A stretch of 64,000 nt of DNA from Planctomycetota bacterium (lineage in GTDB: Bacteria; Planctomycetota; B15-G4). The translations under genes were made by a program, and so were the position numbers. The notes beneath the pieces are model-generated. The model did no database searches and was not told the DNA's origin. It saw nothing but the letters and a program-made list of their open reading frames with translations. The stretch spans positions 512,001-576,000 of the forward strand of contig CBDFJQ010000002.1 of NCBI GenBank assembly GCA_965248575.1, in the 5' to 3' direction. This document shows, one piece after another, positions 29,003 to 38,716 of the stretch (its first letter is position 1; each line of letters opens with the position of its first letter).

Positions 29003-30591
29003 GCCCCCCCTCTTCTTCCGACTGCTCTGGGCCTGACGACACCAGTGGGCCCGTAACCCCTGCGAGTGTCGCGCAAGTCGAGGCGCTCGCCGCGCACGTA
29101 CAGGCCCTGGAGGGTGTGAGGCGGCTGCACCTCGACCTGGCCGAGCGCCTGGCTGCCGGTGAGGCACTCAGGGGGCGGGTGGATGAGATGAGTGATGGGC
29201 TGCACGAAGTGCGCGCCGAGCAACGGGAACTCAATCGTCGTCTTGAAGAGGATCGGCTGCGAGCAGACGCCAGGCGCGGGGGCCGGGCTGCGTGGGTCGT
29301 GCTGCTGCTCGTCGCCTTTGGTCTCGGGAGCGTGTGGGCCTGGGAACGTTGGGCTGACGAGGTGCCGCTGTTCAAGTCATGGCGTCGGCAGGGCGCTTCC
29401 TCCACGCAGCGGGCTCTGGCGCAGCGCGTTGCCGCTGACTCGGGCCTCGAGGGACAGCGAGCTGATGACGAGTCCAGAGCCGCGCAGGCGCTAGCACCAT
29501 CGACACCTCGCGCGGCCCCGCCCGGGAGCACGGGAGAGGCCACTACCTACGCTGAGCTGGAGTCACTCCGTCAGCGGGCTGAGTCGGCGGAAGCGCAGCT
29601 GACCTCGGCCCGCAACGAACGCAACAAGCAGCTGGGTGAAAGCAGTCAGCTTCGACAGGCGCTGATCGAAAAACAGATGCAGCTCGACGAAGCCATGAAG
29701 GGTGTCAGTGCTGTCGTGGCGGATGCCCAACTACGTCGAGCGAACGAACCGGTGCGCGTCAGCAGCAGCGTCCAACGCGCGGCGGAGCTTGACCTCAACG
29801 GGTCGGTTCCGCTGGTGACGCGCGTCAACGCCGCCTTGAAGGCTTCCGGGCTTCGGGACCTCAAGGTGGTGGAGGTCGGTTCCATCCAAGCTGGGGCCCT
29901 GAGCGACCTGATCGTGATGGACTCTTCCGAGAATCAGGAGCTGCCGTTGATCCAGAGCATTCCGCGCGCGGAGCTCTCTGAAGAGCGCGGGGTGGTGAGT
30001 CTCGTGTTCACGGAGCACTTGAAGGACCCTGAGTCGCGTTTGGAGGGGGAGGTCATAGGCGGAGCCCCCAGCCTCAATGACCTCCCGGTCCGCGCGTCGG
30101 CCCCAGGCGGACTCTCCTTTGAATTGCCCGAGGGATTGACCGAGGGGGTCGAGCAGTCCGCAGGATCCAACCTGGAGACCATCGCCCCGGAGGGACCAGT
30201 GATTCTCGCTCGGCACCCGCTCCCGAACTGGGACCGGGAAGCTTGGGAACGGGTGGGTGTCGCTGTCCCCCTGGAGTTCATCTCCACCGACGTCGTGGAG
30301 CAGTCCCTGCGCGATCTGCTGGAGATCCACCACTATGAGTTGGTGTCCGTCGGTGGTTTTCAGGCCGGCGAACTGCAGGATGTCGTCCTGCGACAGCTCG
30401 CGCCTGACGGACAGGTGTTGCGCACCTTTCGTGCCCAACGCGGTGTCTTGGAGGAGGAGGGCCCGGAGCTCGTGCTGAGCGGTGGCACCGTCACCGAAGG
30501 CGACCAACAACGGGACTTCTGGCGCGGGCAGAGCCGCCTGCCGCTGCCTGGCTCCAACTATGCGGCGTGGGCGGAGGTGATCGGTGGCTGA
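28999..30591 (+). CDS. Single-pass membrane protein with coiled coils and a duplicated C-terminal beta module
   Basis: TM 'AAWVVLLLVAFGLGSVWAW', heptad-rich segments on both sides, and an internal repeat near the C-terminus. Confidence 0.65.
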   Translation: MSPPSSSDCSGPDDTSGPVTPASVAQVEALAAHVQALEGVRRLHLDLAERLAAGEALRGRVDEMSDGLHEVRAEQRELNRRLEEDRLRADARRGGRAAWVVLLLVAFGLGSVWAWERWADEVPLFKSWRRQGASSTQRALAQRVAADSGLEGQRADDESRAAQALAPSTPRAAPPGSTGEATTYAELESLRQRAESAEAQLTSARNERNKQLGESSQLRQALIEKQMQLDEAMKGVSAVVADAQLRRANEPVRVSSSVQRAAELDLNGSVPLVTRVNAALKASGLRDLKVVEVGSIQAGALSDLIVMDSSENQELPLIQSIPRAELSEERGVVSLVFTEHLKDPESRLEGEVIGGAPSLNDLPVRASAPGGLSFELPEGLTEGVEQSAGSNLETIAPEGPVILARHPLPNWDREAWERVGVAVPLEFISTDVVEQSLRDLLEIHHYELVSVGGFQAGELQDVVLRQLAPDGQVLRTFRAQRGVLEEEGPELVLSGGTVTEGDQQRDFWRGQSRLPLPGSNYAAWAEVIGG

Positions 30592-31465
30592 GGTGTCCTT
30601 CAACGACTTCATGAAGCAGTCTGCGCAGCGCGTGGATGAGGCCCTCGACCGTTGGCTCCCCACGGAGTCCCAGTGCGGAGAGCTGGCCGCCGCCATGCGT
30701 CACATCGTGATGAGCGGGGGCAAGCGCTTCCGGCCGGCGCTGGTGTTCTTGGGTTGCCGGGACGTCGGCGGGCGGGATCAAGACGCCCTGGGGGCTGCCG
30801 CGGCGATCGAACTGATCCACGCGTACTCCCTCGTCCACGATGACCTGCCCTGCATGGACGATGCGACATTGCGGCGGGGCAAGCCGTGCGTGCACCTGCT
30901 GTATGGGGAAGCCATGGGAGTTCTGGCCGGGGACGGTTTGCTGACGCTCGCCTTCGAAGTCCTGGCTCGTGGCACGCCGGATGGAGCACCCGTGGGTGCC
31001 ATGGTCGAGGCGCTGGGGCGCGGCGCCGGCTGGGCGGGCATGGTCGGCGGGCAAGTCCTCGATCTGGCAGCGGAGGGTTGCGAGCCCGACCTGGAGCAGG
31101 TCCGCGAGGTCCACTTGGGCAAGACAGCGGCACTCATCTCGGCGTCCCTGCGCATGGGAGCCCTGGTTGGCGGCGGCAGCCCTGGCGATGTGGAACGGCT
31201 CTCTCTCTATGGGCGGGAGATCGGGTTGGCGTTCCAGATCGTGGACGATGTGCTCGACACCGAAGTGGACGCCGAGCAGATGGGCAAGGACACGGGGGCC
31301 GACGCGGACAACGACAAGCTCACCTGGCCCGGCGTGGTGGGAGTGAAGCGCGCTCGAGCCGATGCCCAGCAACTGGTTGACGACGCCCGAGGGCGCGCTC
31401 AGGGAGGTCAGGCGACGGCGCTGCTCGAAGCCCTCGCTGCCAAGATCCTCAGCCGCCGGAACTGA
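30584..31465 (+). CDS. ispA: Farnesyl/geranylgeranyl diphosphate synthase
   Basis: GGKRFRP, YSLVHDDLPCMDD..LRRG, GMVGGQ, KT, FQIVDDVLD. Confidence 0.92.
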   Translation: MAEVSFNDFMKQSAQRVDEALDRWLPTESQCGELAAAMRHIVMSGGKRFRPALVFLGCRDVGGRDQDALGAAAAIELIHAYSLVHDDLPCMDDATLRRGKPCVHLLYGEAMGVLAGDGLLTLAFEVLARGTPDGAPVGAMVEALGRGAGWAGMVGGQVLDLAAEGCEPDLEQVREVHLGKTAALISASLRMGALVGGGSPGDVERLSLYGREIGLAFQIVDDVLDTEVDAEQMGKDTGADADNDKLTWPGVVGVKRARADAQQLVDDARGRAQGGQATALLEALAAKILSRRN

Positions 31466-32447
31466 GCCCGGACGGTCCGCACTCCTGCGGTGGTTCAGGG
31501 TCCCAGCGGCAGGGATAGCAGTAGGCCGCTCCGGACGCGTGGGGCAAGGCCAGGCTGTGGGGGTGGTGCGCGAAGTAACCCGGCGCCCGGTCCACGGGGC
31601 AGTAGTGCGTGACGAGGCTGCGACGCGTAGCGTCGCTGAGGTGCACCGGTGTCCCACCGTGGGCGAGGTCCGCGTGCCAGAGCAGGAGGTCGCCGCGCTT
31701 CGGGCAGAAGCTGCGGCGCTCGAGCCCCAGCTCCGCGGCCTGTTCATGCAGCCAAGCCATCCAGCGGTCGTGTTCGGGGTGGCCCGCTGGCATGCCCTTC
31801 GTGTCGCTGCCCCAGTCAAACTCCGGGAGCCGGTGGCTGCCGACGTAGTACTCGAGTTCGCCGCTGCCCCGCACCACATCCTCCAGCGCCAGCCAGGACC
31901 CCACCAGCTCCATGGGTTTGTCCACGATGACGTAGGCAGTGTCCTGGTGGATGGGCTGCTCCGTGCCGCGCTGGAACGTCAGGGTCTGGAACGCCATCGG
32001 CGCCCGTTCGAACAGCAGGTTCAAGAACTCCAGGGCCCGCGGGCTGAAGATGGCTTGGCGCACCCGCTCATCGAAGGCATGCAGGTCGAGCAGCTTGGCC
32101 ATCAGGGCCCGGTGCTCGGGTTGCACCGGTTCGATGAGCTGGTTGCCGTCCTTCCAGTACTCCACGTGGGCGCGCGGGTGGACACCGCTCCAGGTGGACT
32201 CCAAGGCAGCCTCCACGGCCTCGATCTGAGCAGGCTCGACGGCTCCTTCCAGCACGACGAAGCCATCTCTCATCCAATCCTGGAACAGGGCGGCCTGCCG
32301 ATCGTCCATCTGCGCCCGAGCCAGGCGCTCGTCCAGGAGCTGCTCCGCGTCGACACGATCAGGCCAGAGGCCGCCGTGCAGGCTGCGATGGATGGGCCCC
32401 GACTGGTCGGAATGGCGCTTGAGGGGCTCTGGTGGTGGGCTGGGCAC
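31449..32447 (-). CDS. Phytanoyl-CoA dioxygenase (PhyH) family Fe(II)/2-oxoglutarate enzyme
   Basis: DGFVVL, HQD (HxD), WLALEDV, GEL.YYVGSH, GDLLLWHADLAHGG, R.SLVTHY. Confidence 0.85.
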   Translation of the reverse strand: MPSPPPEPLKRHSDQSGPIHRSLHGGLWPDRVDAEQLLDERLARAQMDDRQAALFQDWMRDGFVVLEGAVEPAQIEAVEAALESTWSGVHPRAHVEYWKDGNQLIEPVQPEHRALMAKLLDLHAFDERVRQAIFSPRALEFLNLLFERAPMAFQTLTFQRGTEQPIHQDTAYVIVDKPMELVGSWLALEDVVRGSGELEYYVGSHRLPEFDWGSDTKGMPAGHPEHDRWMAWLHEQAAELGLERRSFCPKRGDLLLWHADLAHGGTPVHLSDATRRSLVTHYCPVDRAPGYFAHHPHSLALPHASGAAYCYPCRWDPEPPQECGPSGLSSGG

Positions 32448-32534
32448 GGGGACAGACTACGAAATCGGGGCATTGCTTCTGAGGGTCGCCTGCTATCCTT
32501 CTGGGCCATCCCCCGGGCTGCAAAGACCCCCTTT

Positions 32535-34472
32535 ATGTCCCTCTTCGACTCCATACGTGGTCCCCAGGACCTGCGCCGGCTCTCGTCGGACGAACTCATC
32601 GAGCTCGCGCAGGAAATGCGGGCCGAGATGATTGAGACCATCACTCGCACCGGGGGCCATCTGGGCTCCGGTCTGGGCGTGCTTGAGATGACGCTGGCGC
32701 TGCATCGGCTCTACGATTTCTCGAAAGACCGGCTGGTCTTCGATGTGGGGCACCAGTGCTATCCGCACAAGATGCTGACGGGGCGGCGGGAGCGCATGAA
32801 CACGATGCGCATGGATGACGGGCTGTGTGGTTTTCCGCACCCTAACGAGAGCGAATTCGATCAGTTCCACACGGGGCATGCGGGGACGTCCATTTCACTC
32901 GCGCTCGGTCTGGCCGCTGCGGACAAGGCCGCCGGCAACGGGCGGCGCACGGTAGCCGTGGTGGGGGATGCCAGCTACGGCGCCGGCGTCGCCTTCGAGG
33001 CCATGAATGCGGCCTCGGAGCTGGACGTCGATCTGGTGGTGATCCTCAACGACAACGAGATGTCCATCAGCCCGACGGTCGGTGCCATGTCGCGCTACTT
33101 CACGCGGATGCGCATGGGCCCGCTCTACACCGGCGCCAAGAAGGAAGTGCACGAGCTGATCAAGCACATCCCGTTTATCGGCGAGAAGGTGGACAAGTCC
33201 CTGCAGGACAGCTTGAACGTCGTGCGTTCGGTGCTGACGCCGGGCCATGTGTTCGAGGAGTTCGGCTTTGAGTACTTCGGGCCGATGGACGGCCACGACA
33301 TTCCGCGCCTGCTGCACACGATCGAGGATCTGCAAGAGCGAGGCGGCCTGAACCTGCTGCATCTGCTGACGGACAAGGGGTCCGGACATGCCGACCGCGA
33401 GCAGGACCCGCAGCGCTTGCACGGTGTGAAGCCCGAGCCTGCACCGATCGCCGTGAAGCCCAAGCACAGTGATGGGGAGGCGGATCCGCCGGCGGGGGCT
33501 CCCAAGCCCAAGCGCCCGGCCTACACGAACGTCTTCGCCAACAAGCTGGTGCAATTGGCCAAGTCCGACCCGAGTCTGGTGGGTGTCACAGCCGCCATGC
33601 CGGATGGCACGGGTCTGGTGAAGCTGGCGGCGGAGTTGCCGGATCGCTGCCACGATGTGGGCATCTGCGAGCAACACGCCCTGGGCTTGGCGGGTGGGCT
33701 GGCCAAGGGCGGCATGCGCCCTGTCGTGGCGATCTACTCGACCTTCCTGCAGCGCGGATACGACCAGGTGTTCCAGGAGCTGGCCATCCAGAACGCGAGC
33801 AGCGTGCTGGCCATGGACCGCGCCGGGCTCGTAGACGACGGTTGCACCCACCATGGCCTGTTCGACATCGCCTACCTGCGGACGTTGCCCAACACCGTTT
33901 TGATGGCACCTGCCTGTGCGGAGGAGTTGGAGGCGATGTTAGCCTTCGCTATCGAGCAACCGGGCGTCGTGGGCGTGCGTTATCCCAGGGACTCGGCTCC
34001 TGAGGCGCGCGAGCCCGTCGCCGAGACCGTGCCTGTGATCGAGTTGGGCAAGGCCGTCACCCTGCGCGAGGGCGGTGACATCCTGCTCTGCGCCTACGGA
34101 ACCATGGTGCCTCTGGCTGAGGCCGCTGCAGATCTGTTGGCGGAACAGGGCGTGGAGGCGACGGTTCTCAATGCACGTTTTGCCAAGCCCATCGACGTCC
34201 AGGCCGTGGGCAGCGCTGCCGAGCAGACCCGGCTGCTGGTCACGATGGAGGAACATTCCTTGGCTGGCGGATTCGGCTCCGCGGTGCTTGAGGCCCTGAG
34301 CCTCGCCGGGCGCCCGCTTCCGCCGACGCTGATGATCGGGGTGCCGGACGAATTCGTAGAGCACGGCACCCGGGCGCGGCTGCTCGAGAAGCTGGGCTTC
34401 ACACCCTTTGCCTTGGCCCAGCGGATCCTCAAGGCCGTTGGCAGCCCCTCCCTTGTGGATGCCGAGCTCTAA
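32535..34472 (+). CDS. dxs: 1-deoxy-D-xylulose-5-phosphate synthase
   Basis: GGHLGSGLG, FDVGHQCYPHK, GHAGTSIS, NDNEMSIS, GICEQHA, YSTFLQRGYDQ. True start is the ATG at 32535. Confidence 0.96.
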   Translation: MSLFDSIRGPQDLRRLSSDELIELAQEMRAEMIETITRTGGHLGSGLGVLEMTLALHRLYDFSKDRLVFDVGHQCYPHKMLTGRRERMNTMRMDDGLCGFPHPNESEFDQFHTGHAGTSISLALGLAAADKAAGNGRRTVAVVGDASYGAGVAFEAMNAASELDVDLVVILNDNEMSISPTVGAMSRYFTRMRMGPLYTGAKKEVHELIKHIPFIGEKVDKSLQDSLNVVRSVLTPGHVFEEFGFEYFGPMDGHDIPRLLHTIEDLQERGGLNLLHLLTDKGSGHADREQDPQRLHGVKPEPAPIAVKPKHSDGEADPPAGAPKPKRPAYTNVFANKLVQLAKSDPSLVGVTAAMPDGTGLVKLAAELPDRCHDVGICEQHALGLAGGLAKGGMRPVVAIYSTFLQRGYDQVFQELAIQNASSVLAMDRAGLVDDGCTHHGLFDIAYLRTLPNTVLMAPACAEELEAMLAFAIEQPGVVGVRYPRDSAPEAREPVAETVPVIELGKAVTLREGGDILLCAYGTMVPLAEAAADLLAEQGVEATVLNARFAKPIDVQAVGSAAEQTRLLVTMEEHSLAGGFGSAVLEALSLAGRPLPPTLMIGVPDEFVEHGTRARLLEKLGFTPFALAQRILKAVGSPSLVDAEL

Positions 34473-34657
34473 CAGGCGGTGCGGGCTCTCGCGCTTGCAG
34501 GGGCCAGCTGGGGGCATCCGTCTAGGACGTCGAGCCGGGAGTCGGGAGGGGGCGTCACGTAGGCCGAGCCGGCCGGTATACTCGGTGGCTTGTCAGGTCG
34601 TCTGGAAGCTGGCCGTCCCGACCTGATACCCGTTCCCCGAAGATGCGCCCCAAAAGC

Positions 34658-37600
34658 ATGAGAAACCTTCTCGTCGTGTGCCTTCTGGTCTTGGGCTTCC
34701 TGGCAGAGCAGTCTGCGGGACAGGTTCCAGGCGATTACGCACATCTCATCCTGACGAACGCGGCAGGTGACACTGCCCCAGCTCCCAGCGGCCCCTTTGA
34801 CAACAGCGGGCTGCTGCTGGCCCCCGCAGGGTCGGTGATCGATGTGAGCATCAGCTATGAGGCTTTTGCGCAGGCCAACCCGAACGTGCTCTGGGGGTTG
34901 CTGGTCTCGGCGCAGGAGACGGGGTTCCCCACGAACATCACGCCGCCACCGCTGTTCACGCAGCCGCCTTTCAATCTGCGGGTCGGACCGACGCTCGACA
35001 TGGGCGGGGACGCCTCCTTTGCCGTGGCGGTGCCCGCTGGCTTGCTGGGTGTCACGGCCTACGTCCAGGCCATCACGTTCGATGCCACCTCGATTCCCAA
35101 CCTGCAGTTGAGCAACGGCTTGACGCTGCAGACCACGCCTCCGCGCTTCCAGGTCGCCTTCAGTTTCGCCCGATTCTCCGCCGGCCTGAACCCGTTCGGT
35201 CTGGAGGGGGTCGGTATGCGTGACCTAGACGGCGACACCCTGAACACCCTGGCTCCCTTGGGGGTCGGCGTTGCGCCCAATACTGCCACCACGGACATCG
35301 GCATCGCGCCCGGCTTCCGCTTCTTGCCGATCTTGCCCAATGTGCCGGATGCGCCGGTCAACCCCATGGCTCGTCCCGTGACCCGCCTGGCAGAGGACCT
35401 CTCGGCCCTGACGAGCATCAACGCGATCCTCGTAGACGACGCGTCCTTCTTCCCGCCCCGGGGGGAGATCCTGATTCAGCAGGCGGGCGAGAACCCGTTC
35501 GGCAACAAGACCAGCAACAAGACCAATCTGCCGAACATGGAGCGAGCGACCTACACGGGGAGGGAAATCGACTCCATCACAGGCAAGCACAAGTTGACGG
35601 GCGTGCGTCGTGTCCTGCCAGGCTCAACGGGCTCGACGGTTTTCCCACACCTCACGGGGGAGTTCGTCTTTGGTCGCTACACCTTTGCGACTTCGGCGGG
35701 GGCTCGTCTGCGAACGCGTGTGGGCTTGGACGCAACGAATGAGGAAACGCCGCACGTCGTTATTCCAGCTTTCACGGCTGACCTTGGCGAGGGCGTCGTG
35801 ACTCGCGATCAGGACCTCTACCTGTTTGAAGAGGTGGATGCCGAGCGGCAAGGGTTCGCTGTCCTGGATCGGGTGAGCCACACCTGGCACGTGATCGAGG
35901 ATTCGGTCATCGATGTGACCTCCACGCGCTTCTGGGACCCGATGGTCTCCATCGCGCCCGACGGACGGTCCATGATTGCGCACCAGCGGGTGAGCGGCGG
36001 GCCGTTGTCCTGGGACTCGATGCCGGACGAGCTGTATGCCATCCGGCTCGACGGCCTCGATTGGCCCGCCAGCATGTCCGAGGTTTGGCAGGTGACCTAT
36101 GCGTTGCTCCCGGAGCCGGACGGCAACTCCATCACCGCCGAATCCCGCGAGGTCTACATGCCGTCCGTCGCCATCGTGGGTACGGACGACGACAACTACG
36201 TGGCGTACGTCGGCCTCAAGAACAAGTGGCGGCTGTCGTCGACGGGCAACCTGCTCGTCGCCCACGAGGGCTGGGAAGGCTCGTGGTTGCGTGAAGAGGT
36301 CATCGTTCGGGACTACATCGAGGTTCCGTTGGTGGGGCCCGGTTCCACGAAGACCATCCCCAGCATGCCGCGGCCCCACATCACGACTGATTTTGGAGAG
36401 ACGGGCTTCGGCAATCCCATCATCCGCTTCGACCCGACGCCCTTCGTGGATCCGAACGGCGGCCGCATGTTCCTGACTGCAGGCGCCGAGGAAGAAGAGG
36501 AGGATGTCTACGTCATCCGGAACATCGAAATCGCCATGGATGGGACGGTCAATCGGGTCATCCAGAACATCTCGGGCATCGGTGCCGTAGGTGGCACGGG
36601 CGAAAGCAAGCCTGAGTCGATCAAGGCCTTCGACCTGGGCGGTCACGGGTTCGGGAAGCGAGCGGCCCTCTCTCCCGACGGAACCCTGTTCGCTTGGATC
36701 CGGGAGGAATCGGCGACCGCCGACTTCGTCATGATCGGGGCCTCCAACGGTTCGGAATTCGCGATGATCTCAGACGTCTACAAGACAGGCTCGGGGACGT
36801 CGTTCCAGGAGGCAGGCGAGTACAAGTCCGACCACGCGCTGAACAGCTTGTACTTCGCTGACGACGACAACATCGTGTTCCTGATGGGCGACAGCCCACA
36901 CTCGGATGAGCTGGGACTCAGCGCTGCCAACACGCCCCGTTTTGACCTGTTCCGGTACACGATCTCCACGGACACGATGGTGAATCTGACGTTCACCAGC
37001 GAGAGCCCCAACGATTTTGACCTGCTGGGCAAGATCCGTCCGGGGGGGAGCTTCAAGTCGGAGGACGGTCGCTTCCTCTATCTGCTTCGCGATGGGCCGA
37101 TCAGCCAGGGGAACACCTCGCTCCCCGTGGACACGGATGTCTTCAACCTGATCGGCGTGAACCTGCAGACCTTCCAGGTGTTCGACGTCACGGGCGACGA
37201 GTTTGGTGGCGGCGCCGGTTTGCCCAATGTCGAACTCCCCGGCGAAGAGTGCATCACGCCGTTGGAGAGCGCCGCGGTGATGCAGTTCATCGAGGGCTCA
37301 GGCGGCCAGGCTGGGATGAGGTACTTCACTGGGCACGTGGTCGGCGATCTCGCCCTCACGGACGAACTCTACGGAGTGGATGCGAACAATCCCTTCGTGA
37401 AACTGGAGCTCACCTCCTCGTCTCCGGCGGGCAGCCACATCACGAACATCGCCTCCAACCCCTACTCGGGTTCGGTGCTGTTCGTGCGCACGAACGACGC
37501 GGATCCCTACGCCTCGACTCAGCATCCCTTCGCTGTGGATCTCGACAACTTCTTGTTCCTGCGAGATCTCACACCCAGCTTCCAGGTGGCGGGCCAACCC

Positions 37601-37867
37601 ATCGGACGCATCGTCGATGGCAGCATCCACTTCATCCCGCCGACGGCGACTGCGGGGGATGCAGCCATCTTCTCCGCCGGTTCCAAGGTCCTCTCGGACT
37701 CGCTCGGCGTGGCCACGGATGTTTCCACTGTCTACGCGCCGCTCGCCAACATCTCCAATCCCCTGGTCGAGCCCGTGCCCTTGTTGATCCCGATCCTGAG
37801 CACGTTCGGCTTGGGCGTCGGCAACCGTATCTACCTGCTGAGCGCGGGTTCTTCGGCGAACCCTTGA
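34658..37867 (+). CDS. Large secreted multidomain protein (terminal-type beta domain, beta-barrel-like module, TolB-like propeller)
   Basis: Signal peptide MRNLLVVCLLVLGFLAEQSAG; PD40-like motifs SIAPDGRS, LSPDGTLFAW, SEDGRFLY. Start 34643 or 34658. Confidence 0.7.
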   Translation: MRNLLVVCLLVLGFLAEQSAGQVPGDYAHLILTNAAGDTAPAPSGPFDNSGLLLAPAGSVIDVSISYEAFAQANPNVLWGLLVSAQETGFPTNITPPPLFTQPPFNLRVGPTLDMGGDASFAVAVPAGLLGVTAYVQAITFDATSIPNLQLSNGLTLQTTPPRFQVAFSFARFSAGLNPFGLEGVGMRDLDGDTLNTLAPLGVGVAPNTATTDIGIAPGFRFLPILPNVPDAPVNPMARPVTRLAEDLSALTSINAILVDDASFFPPRGEILIQQAGENPFGNKTSNKTNLPNMERATYTGREIDSITGKHKLTGVRRVLPGSTGSTVFPHLTGEFVFGRYTFATSAGARLRTRVGLDATNEETPHVVIPAFTADLGEGVVTRDQDLYLFEEVDAERQGFAVLDRVSHTWHVIEDSVIDVTSTRFWDPMVSIAPDGRSMIAHQRVSGGPLSWDSMPDELYAIRLDGLDWPASMSEVWQVTYALLPEPDGNSITAESREVYMPSVAIVGTDDDNYVAYVGLKNKWRLSSTGNLLVAHEGWEGSWLREEVIVRDYIEVPLVGPGSTKTIPSMPRPHITTDFGETGFGNPIIRFDPTPFVDPNGGRMFLTAGAEEEEEDVYVIRNIEIAMDGTVNRVIQNISGIGAVGGTGESKPESIKAFDLGGHGFGKRAALSPDGTLFAWIREESATADFVMIGASNGSEFAMISDVYKTGSGTSFQEAGEYKSDHALNSLYFADDDNIVFLMGDSPHSDELGLSAANTPRFDLFRYTISTDTMVNLTFTSESPNDFDLLGKIRPGGSFKSEDGRFLYLLRDGPISQGNTSLPVDTDVFNLIGVNLQTFQVFDVTGDEFGGGAGLPNVELPGEECITPLESAAVMQFIEGSGGQAGMRYFTGHVVGDLALTDELYGVDANNPFVKLELTSSSPAGSHITNIASNPYSGSVLFVRTNDADPYASTQHPFAVDLDNFLFLRDLTPSFQVAGQPIGRIVDGSIHFIPPTATAGDAAIFSAGSKVLSDSLGVATDVSTVYAPLANISNPLVEPVPLLIPILSTFGLGVGNRIYLLSAGSSANP

Positions 37868-37868
37868 G

Positions 37869-38675
37869 TTGACCGAGGCGTCCTCCCAGGTAGGCATGTC
37901 GGCGCTGGACCCGTCGGATGTGAGCCGTGGCGATGTGTTGCTCATTGCCCCTCACCCAGACGATGAAGCCCTCGGTTGTGGGGGAACCGTCAGGTTGCTC
38001 ACGGCTGCAGGAGTGCGGGTGGTCGTCGTGGTCATGGCTCGAGGTGACGGGGGAGTCGATGGACAGACCTCGGCTCAAGGGCGCCAAGATGAGTCCAGGC
38101 GGGCCTGTGAGGCCCTCGGAGCGGAGCCACCACTCTTTGCAGAGCTGCCTTCGCCGGAATTGCGGGCCTCCCCTCAGGCAGCAGCCCAGAAGCTCGCGAG
38201 TCTGCTGGAAGGGCAGTGCTTTGCAGCTGTGTTGGTTCCGGGCCCCATGGAGCGCCACGACACCCATCGGGCGAGCTTGCTGGCGGCACTGCTGGCTCCC
38301 ATCGCCGAGGCGGGCGCTGCCTGGTATGGCTACGGAGTCTGGGATGCCCTTCCGGCGGTGGCCGATGTGGTGGAGGTCGACATCACCGCCGCTCGAGTCG
38401 CCAAGACCAGGGCCGTGACGGCGCACGAGAGCCAGGTCGGCGCCCGGCCCCTAGCTGCAGGCGTGATGTCCCGAGACCTCTCCCAAGCGGTCTACTCACG
38501 CATCACAGGCGATGAGACCCGCAAGGCCGTGGAGCGGCTCCTGCGCCTTGATGGGCTGCTGAAGCGTCTCCCACCTGAGGCAGGCGAGCGGGATCAGGAG
38601 AGCGTCACGCGCGAGGTGGTCGCCTGGCTCGACGAGCGGCAGGCCGTCTGGACCCGCAGTCTCTGGCTGGACTGA
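37869..38675 (+). CDS. PIG-L/LmbE family deacetylase
   Basis: LIAPHPDDEALGCGG, R..E...A...LG, H..H, K..A..AHESQ. Confidence 0.85.
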   Translation: MTEASSQVGMSALDPSDVSRGDVLLIAPHPDDEALGCGGTVRLLTAAGVRVVVVVMARGDGGVDGQTSAQGRQDESRRACEALGAEPPLFAELPSPELRASPQAAAQKLASLLEGQCFAAVLVPGPMERHDTHRASLLAALLAPIAEAGAAWYGYGVWDALPAVADVVEVDITAARVAKTRAVTAHESQVGARPLAAGVMSRDLSQAVYSRITGDETRKAVERLLRLDGLLKRLPPEAGERDQESVTREVVAWLDERQAVWTRSLWLD

Positions 38676-38716
38676 TCCGGTCGTCCAAGCGCCCCGGCCG
38701 GTCCAGCTAACTCAGG

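Noticed and set aside
31362..32534. Apparent 391-aa N-terminal extension of Dxs (1036-aa ORF)
   Set aside because: It is the stop-free antisense frame of the PhyH gene. Dxs similarity begins at the ATG at 32535.
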